A stretch of DNA of 64,000 bases from positions 149,608,001 to 149,672,000 of the forward strand of contig NC_058368.1 in NCBI RefSeq assembly GCF_018350175.1. The letters are read 5' to 3'. The DNA comes from Felis catus. Its lineage: Eukaryota. Position numbers and translations under genes: made by a program. The notes below the pieces were generated by a model. It searched no databases and was not told the origin of the DNA. It saw nothing but the letters and a program-made list of their open reading frames with translations. Position 1 is the first letter of the stretch. Each line of letters begins with the position of its first letter. Shown piece by piece: positions 1 to 11,493 of this stretch.

Positions 1-454
1 ATTTGTTCATCAAGCAATTGTCCACCTGCCTTGCCAGAATGCACAGATGTCCTATAAACAAATTATCAGCTATGCTTGGAGCAGCTCCATAGTATAATCC
101 GTATCCTAAGCAGAATTTTTCTAAGAGTATAAGTTCCAAAAGACCCTAGAGTGTATTTGCTCTTTCTCTATATTTGCTCAAGTAAAATTGACAAAAGATT
201 TTTAAATTAAATAAATAAATTTAACATATGAATATATTTATGAATATATTTAAGGCATGTATACACACATATATATACACACCTATATTAGATACATAAC
301 TCCAGAATAGTATAACATGTACGCAGTCTGACCCCTAATTTTTTGGGGGGTTGGATATGATTTTTCCAATATCCTGCATCTATTGACCATCTTTCCTAGT
401 GCTTGATTTCTTAGTGTTCTTTGCAACATTTTCCTGCAAGCACATCTTCTTCAG

Positions 455-1175
455 TAATTTTGTTTTTTTAATTTTCATAATCAGAACTATTGAGATATAA
501 TTTACATACATTAAAAAGTACCATGCATTTAATGGTACTTTCCCATTATGGAACATTCCCAGTACCCAAAAAAGTTTTCTTTTAACCCCTTGCAGTCATT
601 CATCCCACCCCAACCCTATGCAACCCTATGCAACCCTATCCCACCCCAACCCTATGCAACTACCGACAGGCTTTCTGTCATTATAAACTAGTTATGTCTT
701 TTTCTAGAATTTCAGATAAGTAGCTCCATAGAGTATGTACTTGCTTGTTTCTGGCTTCTTTTACACAACATAATGCTTTTGAGATTTATCCATGTTTAAT
801 GTGTTATCAATTATTCATTCCTTTTATTACTGAACAGTATTTCATTGCATGGATGTAACACATTGTGTTTACCCCTTCACTAGTTGATGGACACTTTGCT
901 TGTGTTTTTTTTTTTTTAATTTTTTCACTTTTTTTCTTCTGTGAACATCTATGTTCATCTTTATATATGTCTGCAGACATATAATTTCTCTTGAAAAAAT
1001 ACCTAGGAGTAAAATTGTTGGGTAAGGCAACAAACATCTCTTTTATTTTGTGGAAGATTGCCAAACTGTTTTCATAGTGGTTTTGCCATTTTATATTCCT
1101 ACCAGCAACATATGAGGGTTTCACGTGCCTCTTTACTGCTTCTTAGCCCAAGCTTGACATTGTTAGTCTCTTTTA
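455..1175 (-). mobile_element. Old L1 (L1MA/MB-like) 3' fragment
   Basis: Antisense L1 3' motifs (gagatataatttacatac; ccaaactgttttcatagtggttttgccattttatattcctaccagcaa). ORF 807..1124 ends in an L1 ORF2-like C-terminus (YIHAMKYCSVIK). Confidence 0.8.
604..660. repeat. Local tandem duplication (caaccctatg / cccaccccaaccctat units) inside L1
   Basis: Seen directly: cccacccccaaccctatgcaaccctatgcaaccctatcccaccccaaccctatgcaac. Confidence 0.85.
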
Positions 1176-2158
1176 TCCTGTGGGCCACAGAGCTCCAACT
1201 CCCACCTACCATTGTTTGTTCCTGCTTGCTTTCCAGCTCCTGGAAACTGAACTTTCTTCTTCTGAAACTCAACTATATTATTTTAATAGTTTTTCTATAA
1301 TTCTATGTATTTGTAATGAAGGGGTGTGTTTTCCAACATAAGCGCCACCTGCCATTTTGACTATAAGTGTAAGTGTTCAAAAATTTGCACATGATGAATC
1401 TTCAGGTCAAAGACATTCCAAGACTTGAACAGAATAGAAAGTGATTACGGTGGCAGAAGAAAAGTGATAGTTTGTAAATAAATAAAGTTTTTGTTGCGCT
1501 TTGATTAATCATGAATTGAAAGTTTTCATTCACTAGGTCACAGCAGAAAGTAAATCTAGCTTGAGTGCTGCAAGAGTATAGCATATAGTATTTGCCATTT
1601 GATAAATGTTAATAAATGTTTTTGAGATGATTATAAATGGCAGATGTGCATTGAAAGATCACTTTTTCAAATAAATATTGGAAGAAAAGAATAGAAATTT
1701 AAAATACAATTGAGAAATTCAATAGTATTGTTTTCAGGTATGTAGAGAATTAAGTTTGAGGCTTAGGGAAATCCATCTATGACCTTTTAATGGCGATATT
1801 TAAATTTGTAATTCGTATGTTGAGTTTTTTTTTTATATTGCACATGATTTGCTAATGTGTTTGCTCTCTAAAGTTCTGTATCCTCACTGTCTCCCCTGTC
1901 AAGTTTCACAAAGATCATTTTATTCAAAAAAATTTCTGAGTAAAACACTAGTCCGGCCCATATCCTAACTTTGCTTGTTATAGTTTTAACCACTGGTGAA
2001 ATTGCCATATTTCATAGTGCTTGTTTCTTCACTTATTAAAACAACATTCATTTTTTAAGGATGTTTACAATAACAAAATTGGGTGTCCTTGACAAAACTG
2101 TGGGATCTAAACAGCATTTCTCATTTGATTTTTGTTAAATAAATTGATTATTTTCTTT

Positions 2159-2372
2159 AAACAAATTTTTTAATGTTGATTTATTTTTGAGAGAGAGACA
2201 GACAGAGTGCAAGTGGGAGAGGGGCAGAGAGAGAGGGAGACACAGAATCTGAAGTAGGCTTCAGGCTGAGCTGTCAGCACAGAACCCAATGCAGGACTTG
2301 AACTCACGAACCATGAGATCATGACCTGAGCCAAAGTTGAACACTTAACCAACTGAGCCACCCTGGTGCTCC
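2159..2372 (-). mobile_element. Can-SINE (SINEC)
   Basis: Reverse complement of tRNA-derived head, (CT)n and A tail; TSD attgattattttc on both sides. Confidence 0.95.
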
Positions 2373-3500
2373 TAGATTGATTATTTTCGAAGTGGGAAGT
2401 GTCAATCAATGTCAATTGCATTTTCTCCTTCAGGTTTAGCTAGACATTGCTCCAATATTATCCAACTTATTTAAACATTTGGGATCATTACTGCTACATC
2501 TGTTTCCAAATTCTGGGCAAAATACAGAAACAAATGGATATTAGAAGTACAGTTAGGTAATTTGCACATATAAATGTCTAGTCCATTTATATCAGTCCAA
2601 ATATGTCTCCCTTAATTTAATGTAAGCCTAAGTGCCTTGAATCGATAAAAAAGGAAAAAGATAAAACAGCGTTATTTATAAGCACCAAAATACCCCATGA
2701 AAGATCAAGATCAACAGTTTAAATTTTGATTAAATGACCCCTTGAAAACAAAAGGTAGCTATTGGCTGAGCCTCAATCGTAGATAAGCCAGACACTTAGA
2801 TAATTATAAGCTGATTCATACAAATAATACGAAGTTACTAATATAATGAAGTCTGCTGCATTATAAATTGTTACTGGGTAATTTTGGAGTAAGTATAAAT
2901 GCAGCATCTGCCACATTCATCCATCTTGAGTACATGTTATATGGTGAAATGAAATATGAAGAGCTCCTTAAAATTTGAAAATTTAGGCTAAACGCTCCCG
3001 AACTACTTAGCATTCTACATTTTAACCCTGAAAATCCAATTTCTTTTCAAGTTTTCCCTTCTCCTCCACTACTAGCATTAATATAACTTCGATATCTAGA
3101 TAATTTGTGTAATAAATCATTAAAAATTTAAAAAAATGCATCTCAAATGGAGTCATTCACAAAACATGAAGCCATTCTCAGCATGATGTTGTTAGGAACT
3201 AAATCCTGGAAATGTTTTCTAACATTATTCTTTGATAAATACTGGTTGATAAGGAATAAGCAATTTGAGTTTATAACTTTAAAGGATTTTAAATAAAATT
3301 TTAATTTAATTTTTAATTAAATAAGCCTACTCATCAACAGAGTGGAAATAGAAATAAGTATTGGAGGAGCAGTCTTGCAGGAAAAAATATTTTTAATAGC
3401 CTTTTGGCATAAATGTTTCCTGAGACTGTGGCTTTCCTTTTATGACACTCAGCCATTTTTAGGATTGTGTATATGTATATCTTAAAAATTAAAAGCATTT

Positions 3501-3719
3501 GGGGTGCCTGGGTGGCTCAGTCGGTTAAGCATCGGACTTTATACCTCTTGTCATGATCTCATGGTTCATGACTTGGAGCCCCGTGTCGGTCTCTGTGCTA
3601 ACAGTCAGAGCCTGGAGCCTACTTCGAATTCTGTGTCTCCTGCTCTCTCTGTCCCTCCCCTGCTCACGTTCTGTCTCTCTCTCTCTCAAAAACAAATAAC
3701 ATGAAAAAAAACATTTTAA
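3501..3719 (+). mobile_element. Can-SINE (SINEC_Fc-like)
   Basis: ggggtgcctgggtggctcagtcggttaag head, (CT)n, A tail; TSD ttaaaagcatt. Confidence 0.95.
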
Positions 3720-3789
3720 TTAAAAGCATTAGCCCCCAAATAGCCTGTGCTTTGGTTGTGGTGACAATAATTGAGATACAGCTTGATTA

Positions 3790-4145
3790 TCATCAGAAGA
3801 AGGCTGCTGTACCCACAATGTGGAACATCATGCAGCTACTGAAAAAATAAGTTACATCTGCTTATGGGATCCTTGTATAATGTGTAGGACAACCATTTTT
3901 GTAAAATAAAAAAAATAAGATATATATATTGTATACATACAAAAGCACACACACATGCAATTGATTATAAGTAATAAATATGTGTTTGTAAGACCACAGA
4001 AAAATATTTGGTGTGATACACATCAAACTGATGTGACTGGCTATCTCAAGAAGAGTAGGAAACTACTTTTTTCTTTATTCACCTTTTACTTTTTAATTTT
4101 TTTTAGCTGTACTAAAAACTACATGTTACATTTATAATTTATAAA
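3790..4145 (+). mobile_element. Ancient L1ME-like 3' fragment
   Basis: Degenerate L1 3' motif (cccacaatgtggaacatcatgcagctactgaaaaaaat). Confidence 0.5.
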
Positions 4146-4639
4146 AAGGGATGAATCAAACCATATCAGAGGGAGGGAAGCCCTGCAAGTAACTACAAAG
4201 AGGACTGGGTCAAAATTAAAAATGGGCTATGTCTTATGGAATAAAATAAGGCATTCTAATTCTTTCCAGCAGTTAGTACTAGTTCAGTCACTTTGCTGGG
4301 ATTGAGGAGCAGTCCCTAATCTGTGGTCAGTGATAAGGGAAAGAAGCACTTCATCTTCTCTAAAGGCCACCAGAGCAACTATTGGAACAAGATATAAATG
4401 ACTAGGAAGAAAACAATCTGGGAATTAAATTAGGAAAGAAGTGAAAATACAGGAGGTGAAAATACAGAGAGCTAGATGCATGACGGAGGGTAGTTGCTGA
4501 AAAACAGAGCAACCCAGGCAGCTCCTATGAAGCAGCAGGTGGAAAGCTAGTGAAATGGCATGCCAAGGAAACACAGACAGCTGTCACTTTGTTAACAGAT
4601 AATATCACTTAGTTAACAAATAATATAAAGGTTAAGAAT

Positions 4640-4862
4640 GCCGACTTAGATTGGTGTGGGTTTGAATTCTAGACTCACCACTGTTCACATAACTTGAGGT
4701 AAACTATCTTCTCTATATTTCAATTTTTCTCAGATGTAAAATGGAGACAAATTACTTTTTTATAGGGTTTTAGTTGTGTTTAAGTGAGATGATCCATGTA
4801 AAGTTTTAAAATTCACACAGTTTGACACATAATAAGTTCTTAAAAACACTGGCTATTATTGC
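4640..4862 (+). mobile_element. MIR
   Basis: MIR core: gggtttgaattctagactcaccact...cagatgtaaaatggag...taagtgagatgatccatgtaaag. Confidence 0.75.
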
Positions 4863-6621
4863 TAGAAATGATAAAGATCACTTAAAACTTGGGTAAAAAT
4901 TTGGAGTGTAGAATAATAAAAATTAAAGCAAAGTGATTTAAAAACAAGTTGGTGGGACAAGAAAATCTAGAAAAACTATTATGAATAATTTTGAGTGATG
5001 GCATGTGTAGAGAGACTCAGCTAAATGTACCCAGAAAGTGCATTTTCAATAGAAGATATGGTTGAGGTATCCTATATCAAAATGAACTCCACTTGGCTTT
5101 TATTAATTGCTTATGTCATCACTAGACTGAAATACAATCTGTTATTAAATTGACATCATGTCAGTTCTGTTTTCTTCAAAGGAAATATAAGCATGTTGCC
5201 CTTTAGGCATATTCTTATCAACACATAGCTGATTTCTTTCTAAAGAATATTCATTCAAATGTGAGGGGGAAATATTCTTCAGATCTCAAAACTTTTAAAA
5301 CTTGGAATGGCATTTTAATAACTAATCTTCCTTGAAAATGGCTGATACAAGATTGTAAGAAGACACCATGACGATTAGTGATGGTGAACCATTAGGCTAT
5401 TTGAAGAAACATACGGATGAACACCCTAAAGTTGAATGATTATGAGCACCTATTTACAACAGGAGTTAGCAACCTAGACAGCAAATGTGGGAGGCAAACA
5501 TGGTCAGGTCCAAGTTTTAGGAGGCTTTCACCACCTGTAAATGAAATGAATGGACCACAAAACTGATAACAAAACAGCTTGTCATTTTCAGCCCAGGTAA
5601 CATAGACAATTTAAAACCTGATAGGTGAAGATCAAGCATTGCCACATATGTAATAAGCTAGTATGTTCCAGTCTCTTTCCCTCCTCTCCACAACCCCCAA
5701 CTCTGCTGACTGTTTTTTCAAAAAGAGTGTAGTTTTTATGCATGTTTCTTTTCTTATTTGGTGGAATCACTTCCTATTTTGACAATTCAAGAAGTAAATG
5801 ATAATGTAGCCCGTTTCCCTGAAATCAAGGCCTCTATTTTGCATAACACAATGAAGTTTTTAAACAGGAAAAGGAAAAGGAAGAATTTAATTAGTGGGGA
5901 AGTTTGAAAATATACTTTAAAGAATATCCAGGAAAGGAATAAGAGCATTTGACATCCTCTAGAGATCTTTCCTATATAACTAAAGCATATGAAAAAAGCA
6001 GATGTTACCAATGGAAAATACAAAGCTGAAACACCCCACAATCACCCACCAAACCACAGAGAATAGTTCGCAGGGACCAGGAACTTCTTATGTCAGGAGA
6101 ATTCTCTGGGAAGCCAAATAAATGTAGATAATTCTCAGTACAAAGGTTATGATATTAGGTCTAGAAATATACATTTAGGGAATTGATTTCTCTGAAAAAG
6201 AGGCTGAGGATTATATTAGGACCCTGGAATGAGGCCAGGTCATCATTAGAAGAAACCCAAATTAATGTTCAATAATTGAAGCTCTCCAATTTACATTAGA
6301 TTCTGTAGTCTTAAAGTGAGTAGGACCCAGGTGATCCAAGATGTTTTCAAGACCACTTCAAACTCTAGTCCAATTCTGTGGCAGCCTCTCATCAGACAAA
6401 ATATTATCTAGTAACCATTTCCTTGCCATAGCTCAATCATCAATAAGAAAAGGACATAGGTGACTACAGTACAATACTTTCTAGATGTTATTTCCATACA
6501 AGTTGTTTCCAAAGGCAAGAATTAAAGGCAGAAAATAATACCCAAATTGTCAGGAACTGAGTGTCTCAAAAATATGGAGAAATGAGCTCCTAATACATAT
6601 GGAAATGAGTTGTTGTCAAGT

Positions 6622-6718
6622 GTTTCATATTTATTTTATTTATTTTATGTGGGGCTCAAACTCATGACCCCCAAGATCAATGGTCACATCTTCCACAGAT
6701 TGAGCCATCCAAGTGCCC
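6622..6718 (-). mobile_element. Short Can-SINE (SINEC_c-like; tRNA head plus A tail)
   Basis: Reverse complement reads gggcacttggatggctcaatctg...gagtttgagccccac then A-rich tail; TSD tgagttgttgtcaagt at 6606 and 6719. Confidence 0.85.
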
Positions 6719-6768
6719 TGAGTTGTTGTCAAGTTTAATAATGAGGTTTTAGTAGTTAAAGAAAACAT

Positions 6769-6970
6769 GGAGCTCTCAGGTGGCTCAGTCAGTAAGCATC
6801 TGACTTTGGTCAGGTCATGATCTCTCAGTCCATGAGTTTGAGCCTGGCATTGGGCTCAGAACCTGGAGCTTGCTTTGGATTCTGTGTCTCCCTTTCTCTC
6901 TGTCCCTCCCCCTTATGTGCTCTGTCTTTCTTTCTCTCTCACAAATAAACATTAAAAATAAATGAAAATA
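6769..6970 (+). mobile_element. Can-SINE
   Basis: Head, (CT)n, A tail; TSD agtta(a/t)agaaaaca. Confidence 0.92.
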
Positions 6971-7185
6971 AGTTATAGAAAACACTGAAGAAAGTAAGAA
7001 GAATCTGTTAAACTGACTTGCATTATTTTCTTACCTAAATAAGCAGAAAATAAAGAACTGTTAGAACTTTTCTATACCAAAAATTTTAAAGCATGCAAGT
7101 TTAAATAGAATTTAATGCTATTAACAGCTTCTTTCCCTTATATTGGAAACCGTCTTCTTTGATCTCACCCAGAAGAACAGCCTTT

Positions 7186-7392
7186 TTACTTATTTTTTTT
7201 AATGTTTACTTATTTTGAGAGAGAGAGAAAGAGAGCATGAGCAGGGGAGGGGCAGAGAGAGAGAATCCCAAGCAGGCTCCACTCTGTCAGGTCAGAGCCC
7301 GACGAGGCTCTCCATCTCACGAACCGTGATATCATGACCTGATCCAAAATCAAGAGTAGGCCGCTTAACCCACTGAGCCACCCAGGTACCCC
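7186..7392 (-). mobile_element. Can-SINE
   Basis: Antisense SINE; imperfect TSD aagaacagcctttt / aagaatggcctttt. Confidence 0.93.
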
Positions 7393-7599
7393 AAGAATGG
7401 CCTTTTTTAAAATGTGAAATGATTATGAACGTTAACTCAAACTGTTTAAATATAATTAATTACAAACAGTCATCATTCTATGGTATTATTTATTGCTCAG
7501 CGTTTCACAGTGCTTTCAAAGTAGTCTTGGAAATAGGCAGACTAAGAGTCGTCATTACTAGAACAAGGGCAAATAAGGTCATGTTTATACCCATTATGC

Positions 7600-7810
7600 C
7601 TGTTTGCATGATAATCATGCTGCCACATGCCTACTGGTATCAGACATTGTTCTAGGTGCTTATTAAGTTTTATCTTGTTTGATGTTCAAACCCAGGACTT
7701 TGAATAACTTGCCAAAAATTACATAGCTGGTGGATGGCAGAGCCCAGATTCAAACGCCCATCAGTCTGACTCTAAAGCCTGCATCCTTTCTCCTAAATTG
7801 CACTGTCTTG
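7600..7810 (-). mobile_element. MIR
   Basis: aataacttgccaaaaattacatagctggtggatggcagagcccagattcaaac...tctgactctaaagcc. Confidence 0.75.
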
Positions 7811-9795
7811 TGAGGTGATTTGTTCAACAAATACTGAGAGAACTAACTCCTTTTTTGTATATATAATATCTTATAAATAATGGGAACTTCCAGTATTTTG
7901 TAAGTATTTTTAAAGTAAATCACTTTAAAAAAAATATCCTGGACTAGTGAATGAATGAATGAATGAATGAATGGTCAACTAACTCATATCCAGAATCAGG
8001 TAGACCATCTCTCAACTTTCTCAGATAGATAATGTATTTTTAAACATCTTCAGAATAGCGGAATTCACAGTTTCATTTGGCAACCAATTTATGCTAATTT
8101 TAAACTAAGTACTTTACACAGTAAAACTCTAAAACAGTGGCCCCATTTCTTAGAAATCTTGAAATAAAACAAAAAAAAAGTTGTATAGAGAAACTATTTC
8201 TTAGAAATATGAAACTTCACATTTAGCTATTTTCCTAATGTAAGCCTAATCAAAATCATTTATATTTTTATTCCAGTTAATGTGAATATGGTCAGCCTTC
8301 GCAGAGAACTTTCATAATCTACAATGAGTTGAAAGAGATATTTTGAATTCACATAGCTCACAGAATGATCCACTAATAGTTAAGATGTTTCAGTGAAAAC
8401 TATAAATATTTCAGTCATATGCTGAGCCACCTAATATCAACACTTTTTTTGAATTTCACAGAATTTCTCACTTTGTTTTTTTTTTAAATCTTCACCAAGA
8501 ATAGATAATCATGAACAGAATCAGCTGAACAGTTGCTAAACCTAAAAAAGAAAATATTATCCAACAATTCACTTTTAAGTTGGCAAATTGAAAAATGCTT
8601 TATACATTTAGCCATCACATGTTACCATTAGGTCACAACTCAGAAGTGGTCATTATAGATCAAGTGACAGAAACAACTCTTCTGTCCAAACATGACAGTT
8701 TTCCATTACAAAGAAATACTCTTGATTTTCACCCAGGGCTTTCTTGGAAGGCAGATTGTGTCATGACATGAAGTACTGTGCATGTTCTCACCCTTGAAAG
8801 TACACTCATATGCTGCCTCCTTGGGGACTCACCCAGAAGACCCCTCTCCCATCCCTCACACCAGACCAGTCACTCCCTTTGCCCTCACTCAAAGGACTCC
8901 GTATTTTGTTAGGTTGTAGCAAGTATGTGTTTTCTTCCCTCTAGTGTGGAATTTAGGGCTGCAGAAAGGATATCTTAGTATTGTTCAAATATTTGTAGAT
9001 AGAATTTGTTTTCCTTACATTCTCTTCTACAAACTAAACATACAAAACGTCTCACTATTCCCCATATATGTTTTCCAAGTCCCTGCTCACCACCCCCTCC
9101 TAATATCGTTGCTCGACAAAGGACCCCATGCCTCAAAAATAGCATCCAACATTGAAGTCAAGTCTATTTACTTGCCACTGGCCTACAGGGCTCTCCAGTT
9201 AATGCCATTACAATAACGTGGGTGAAAAACGATCTTATAAAATGTTTCTCTAAAAAAATATCTTGGATAGTATATAAGATAAAGTCATTCAAAAGACACA
9301 TTACATGGTTCCCACGTTCCAGGAATTGTGCTGAAAACTTGAGGTCCTGCCATAGGCACCCTCAAGGAGAATCTTTTTGTGTCGACAGAACGTATTAACA
9401 CATGTCACACATAAATGGAGGTTTTATAAACAAATACTTTAGGGTTACTTGGGGTTATAAAAATATAACAAACTTTTTTTTCCCTTAGGACTTTTTGAGA
9501 CTTCTAATATTCTAATATGCATTGTGACTCTCCAAGACTCAGAATATAATACATATTATTTCCCAAATTCACTCGACGATACCACACTGTTTTCACAACA
9601 GTGAAAACATCCTATAGAAGCATTTCATGAGAATACTTTGTGAAATACCGTTTAGAGTTTATAACCAAGCAAAAAAGATAATTGTGGTTTAGGAAAATAA
9701 GAGCTTGGTACCATCACAGGGTGGAATACAAGTACAAAGGAAGTTTTAAAGGACAGAGGGAGTGAGGGAAAGCTTCCAAAAGAAGTGATACTTCT

Positions 9796-9987
9796 GGGTC
9801 GCCTGGGTGGCTCGGTCGGTTTAAGTGTCTGACTCCTGATTTCACCTCAGGTCATGATCTCACGGTTCCTGGGATAGAGCCCCACGACAGGCTCTGTGCT
9901 GACAGTGTGGAGCCTGCTTGGGATTCTCTCTCTCCCCCCACTCTCTTTCTCTCAAAATAAGTAAATAAATTAAAAAAAAAAACTTTA
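9796..9987 (+). mobile_element. Can-SINE
   Basis: Head and tail present; TSD aaaagaagtgatacttc. Confidence 0.95.
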
Positions 9988-10084
9988 AAAAGAAGTGATA
10001 CTTCAAATAAATTTCAAGGACAAGTCTAAGTAAGTTATATAAGAAGAAGGGAGTCACTGGTGGGATTTTAAGAAAAATTCTTCA

Positions 10085-10316
10085 GGGGCGCCTGGGTGGC
10101 GCAGTCGGTTAAGCGTCCGACTTCAGCCAGGTCACGATCTCGCGGTCCGTGAGTTCCAGCCCCGCGTCGGGCTCTGGGGTGATGGCTCGGAGCCTGGAGC
10201 CTGTTTCCAATTCTGTGTCTCCCTCTCTCTCTGCCTCTCCCCCGTTCATGCTCTGTCTCTCTCTGTCCCAAAAATAAATAAACGTTGGGAAAAAAAATTT
10301 TAAAAAAGAAAAAAAA
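10085..10316 (+). mobile_element. Young felid SINEC_Fc
   Basis: Many CpGs retained; perfect TSD aagaaaaattcttca at 10070 and 10317. Confidence 0.97.
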
Positions 10317-10440
10317 AAGAAAAATTCTTCAGGCATGGGGAAAGCCCAAAGTGGCTTACTGGGCACAGTGGTGTTCCATGGTCAGAACTGCAGACACATC
10401 TATGTTAACTGGAACAGGCATATGAAAACGGCAACATCAG

Positions 10441-11258
10441 CACTTCTAGTGAGAACCTGGCTATGAAATTCAGGAATCCTCTCTCACTCTGCTCTTCCAA
10501 AAAGTACACAGAACCAACAAGAAAAGCAAATAAAAATTAAATAAAGATACTTTCAGAGAAGCTGAGAAACATATAATCTGCAGGCCCCTGAATGTAACTA
10601 TGAATTGACAAAAACAATTAAGACTGGGTAGCAGCAATATGAAAGTTAATGATGAGAAGAAAGTGGGGCATGTCAGTTTTGGAGTGGATCTCCAAAAGCA
10701 CCTGCAAACATACAACTTTCAAAAGATGAAATACTCATGCTGAAATCCAAAAACTGCAATCCGTTTTTTTTGCAGAAAGGGTTCAGGGACTGTGTTGAGC
10801 AATGCAGGTAGCAGTGAGACTTAGAGTAGCAGATGTGGGACTCTACAAAAGAATCTAAAAAAGAATCAGAAATCTTCTTGCCATATTTTCAGGAAGCAGG
10901 AAGCTGCTCTTTGGCAGAAAATGAGGAGAAATGCTCTAAGTGGTGATCACTCTATTTAACTGGAATGGAACCTACAGAAAATAGATTTTCTAGGAATGAC
11001 CAACCCATTTAATAACGACTAAATTAATGGAAAAGAAACAAGTACAAAATCAAAACAAAGACAGTATATAAAAAAAGTAACTGAAAACTCACTAGAAAAG
11101 TGTAACCAAAAAGAATGAAAATAAACAGAGTAACCCCTACTATATGTTAAATAATATTCTAAAGATTTAATAATTAAAACAGTGTGGTAGTGGCACGTAA
11201 TTAGATAAAGAAACAGATTGGTAAATTCAGAAACTGACCCAAACGCACATATGAATTC
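10441..11258 (+). mobile_element. Old L1 (L1M-type) fragments left of Tigger1
   Basis: A-rich; ORF2 motif attaaaacagtgtggtagtggcac...agaaactgacccaaacgcacatatg; L1 sequence continues after 15426. Confidence 0.6.
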
Positions 11259-11259
11259 A

Positions 11260-11360
11260 AAGATACTTCAGACCTTGTTGCAGATCACCACAATAATATT
11301 GTAACAAAGTGAATCAAATGAGTTTTTTTGGTTTCCCAGTGTGTACAAAAGTGATGTTTA
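11260..11360 (-). mobile_element. Tigger1 3' terminal fragment
   Basis: cagatcaccacaataatattgtaacaaagtgaatc...tttttggtttcccagtgtgtacaaaagtgatgttta matches the recalled Tigger1 end. Confidence 0.75.
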
Positions 11361-11471
11361 GGGAGCACCCCTCTGTTTGCTAGATAGCATGCTGCCTGAT
11401 GATTCATGAATCATTTAGGAAAGTCAATTAGACCTTTAAAATTTACTGGGTTGAAATTTTGTTACTTAACA
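11361..11471 (+). mobile_element. ERV1-like LTR, 3' part only (putative R-U5)
   Basis: Ends ...gaaattttgttacttaaca (terminal CA) immediately before a PBS; resembles recalled MER4-group/carnivore ERV1 LTR ends. Confidence 0.75.
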
Positions 11472-11475
11472 GATT

Positions 11476-11493
11476 TGGTGGCAGCCACAGGAT
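11476..11493 (+). promoter_or_regulatory. Retroviral primer-binding site, tRNA-Leu-like
   Basis: TGGTGGCAGCCACAGGAT vs complement of tRNA-Leu(AAG) 3' end TGGTGGCAGCGGTGGGAT (14/18), 4 nt after LTR end. Confidence 0.7.

Noticed and set aside
515..541. Perfect 10-bp hairpin as a terminator or ncRNA
   Set aside because: It lies inside a decayed L1; short AT-rich inverted repeats are expected by chance or local repair.
1340..1360. CTCF site (gcgccacctgcc); similar at 31202
   Set aside because: Only half of the core motif matches.
6622..6718. tRNA gene
   Set aside because: Degenerate tRNA-derived SINE head with A tail and TSD; no intact cloverleaf.
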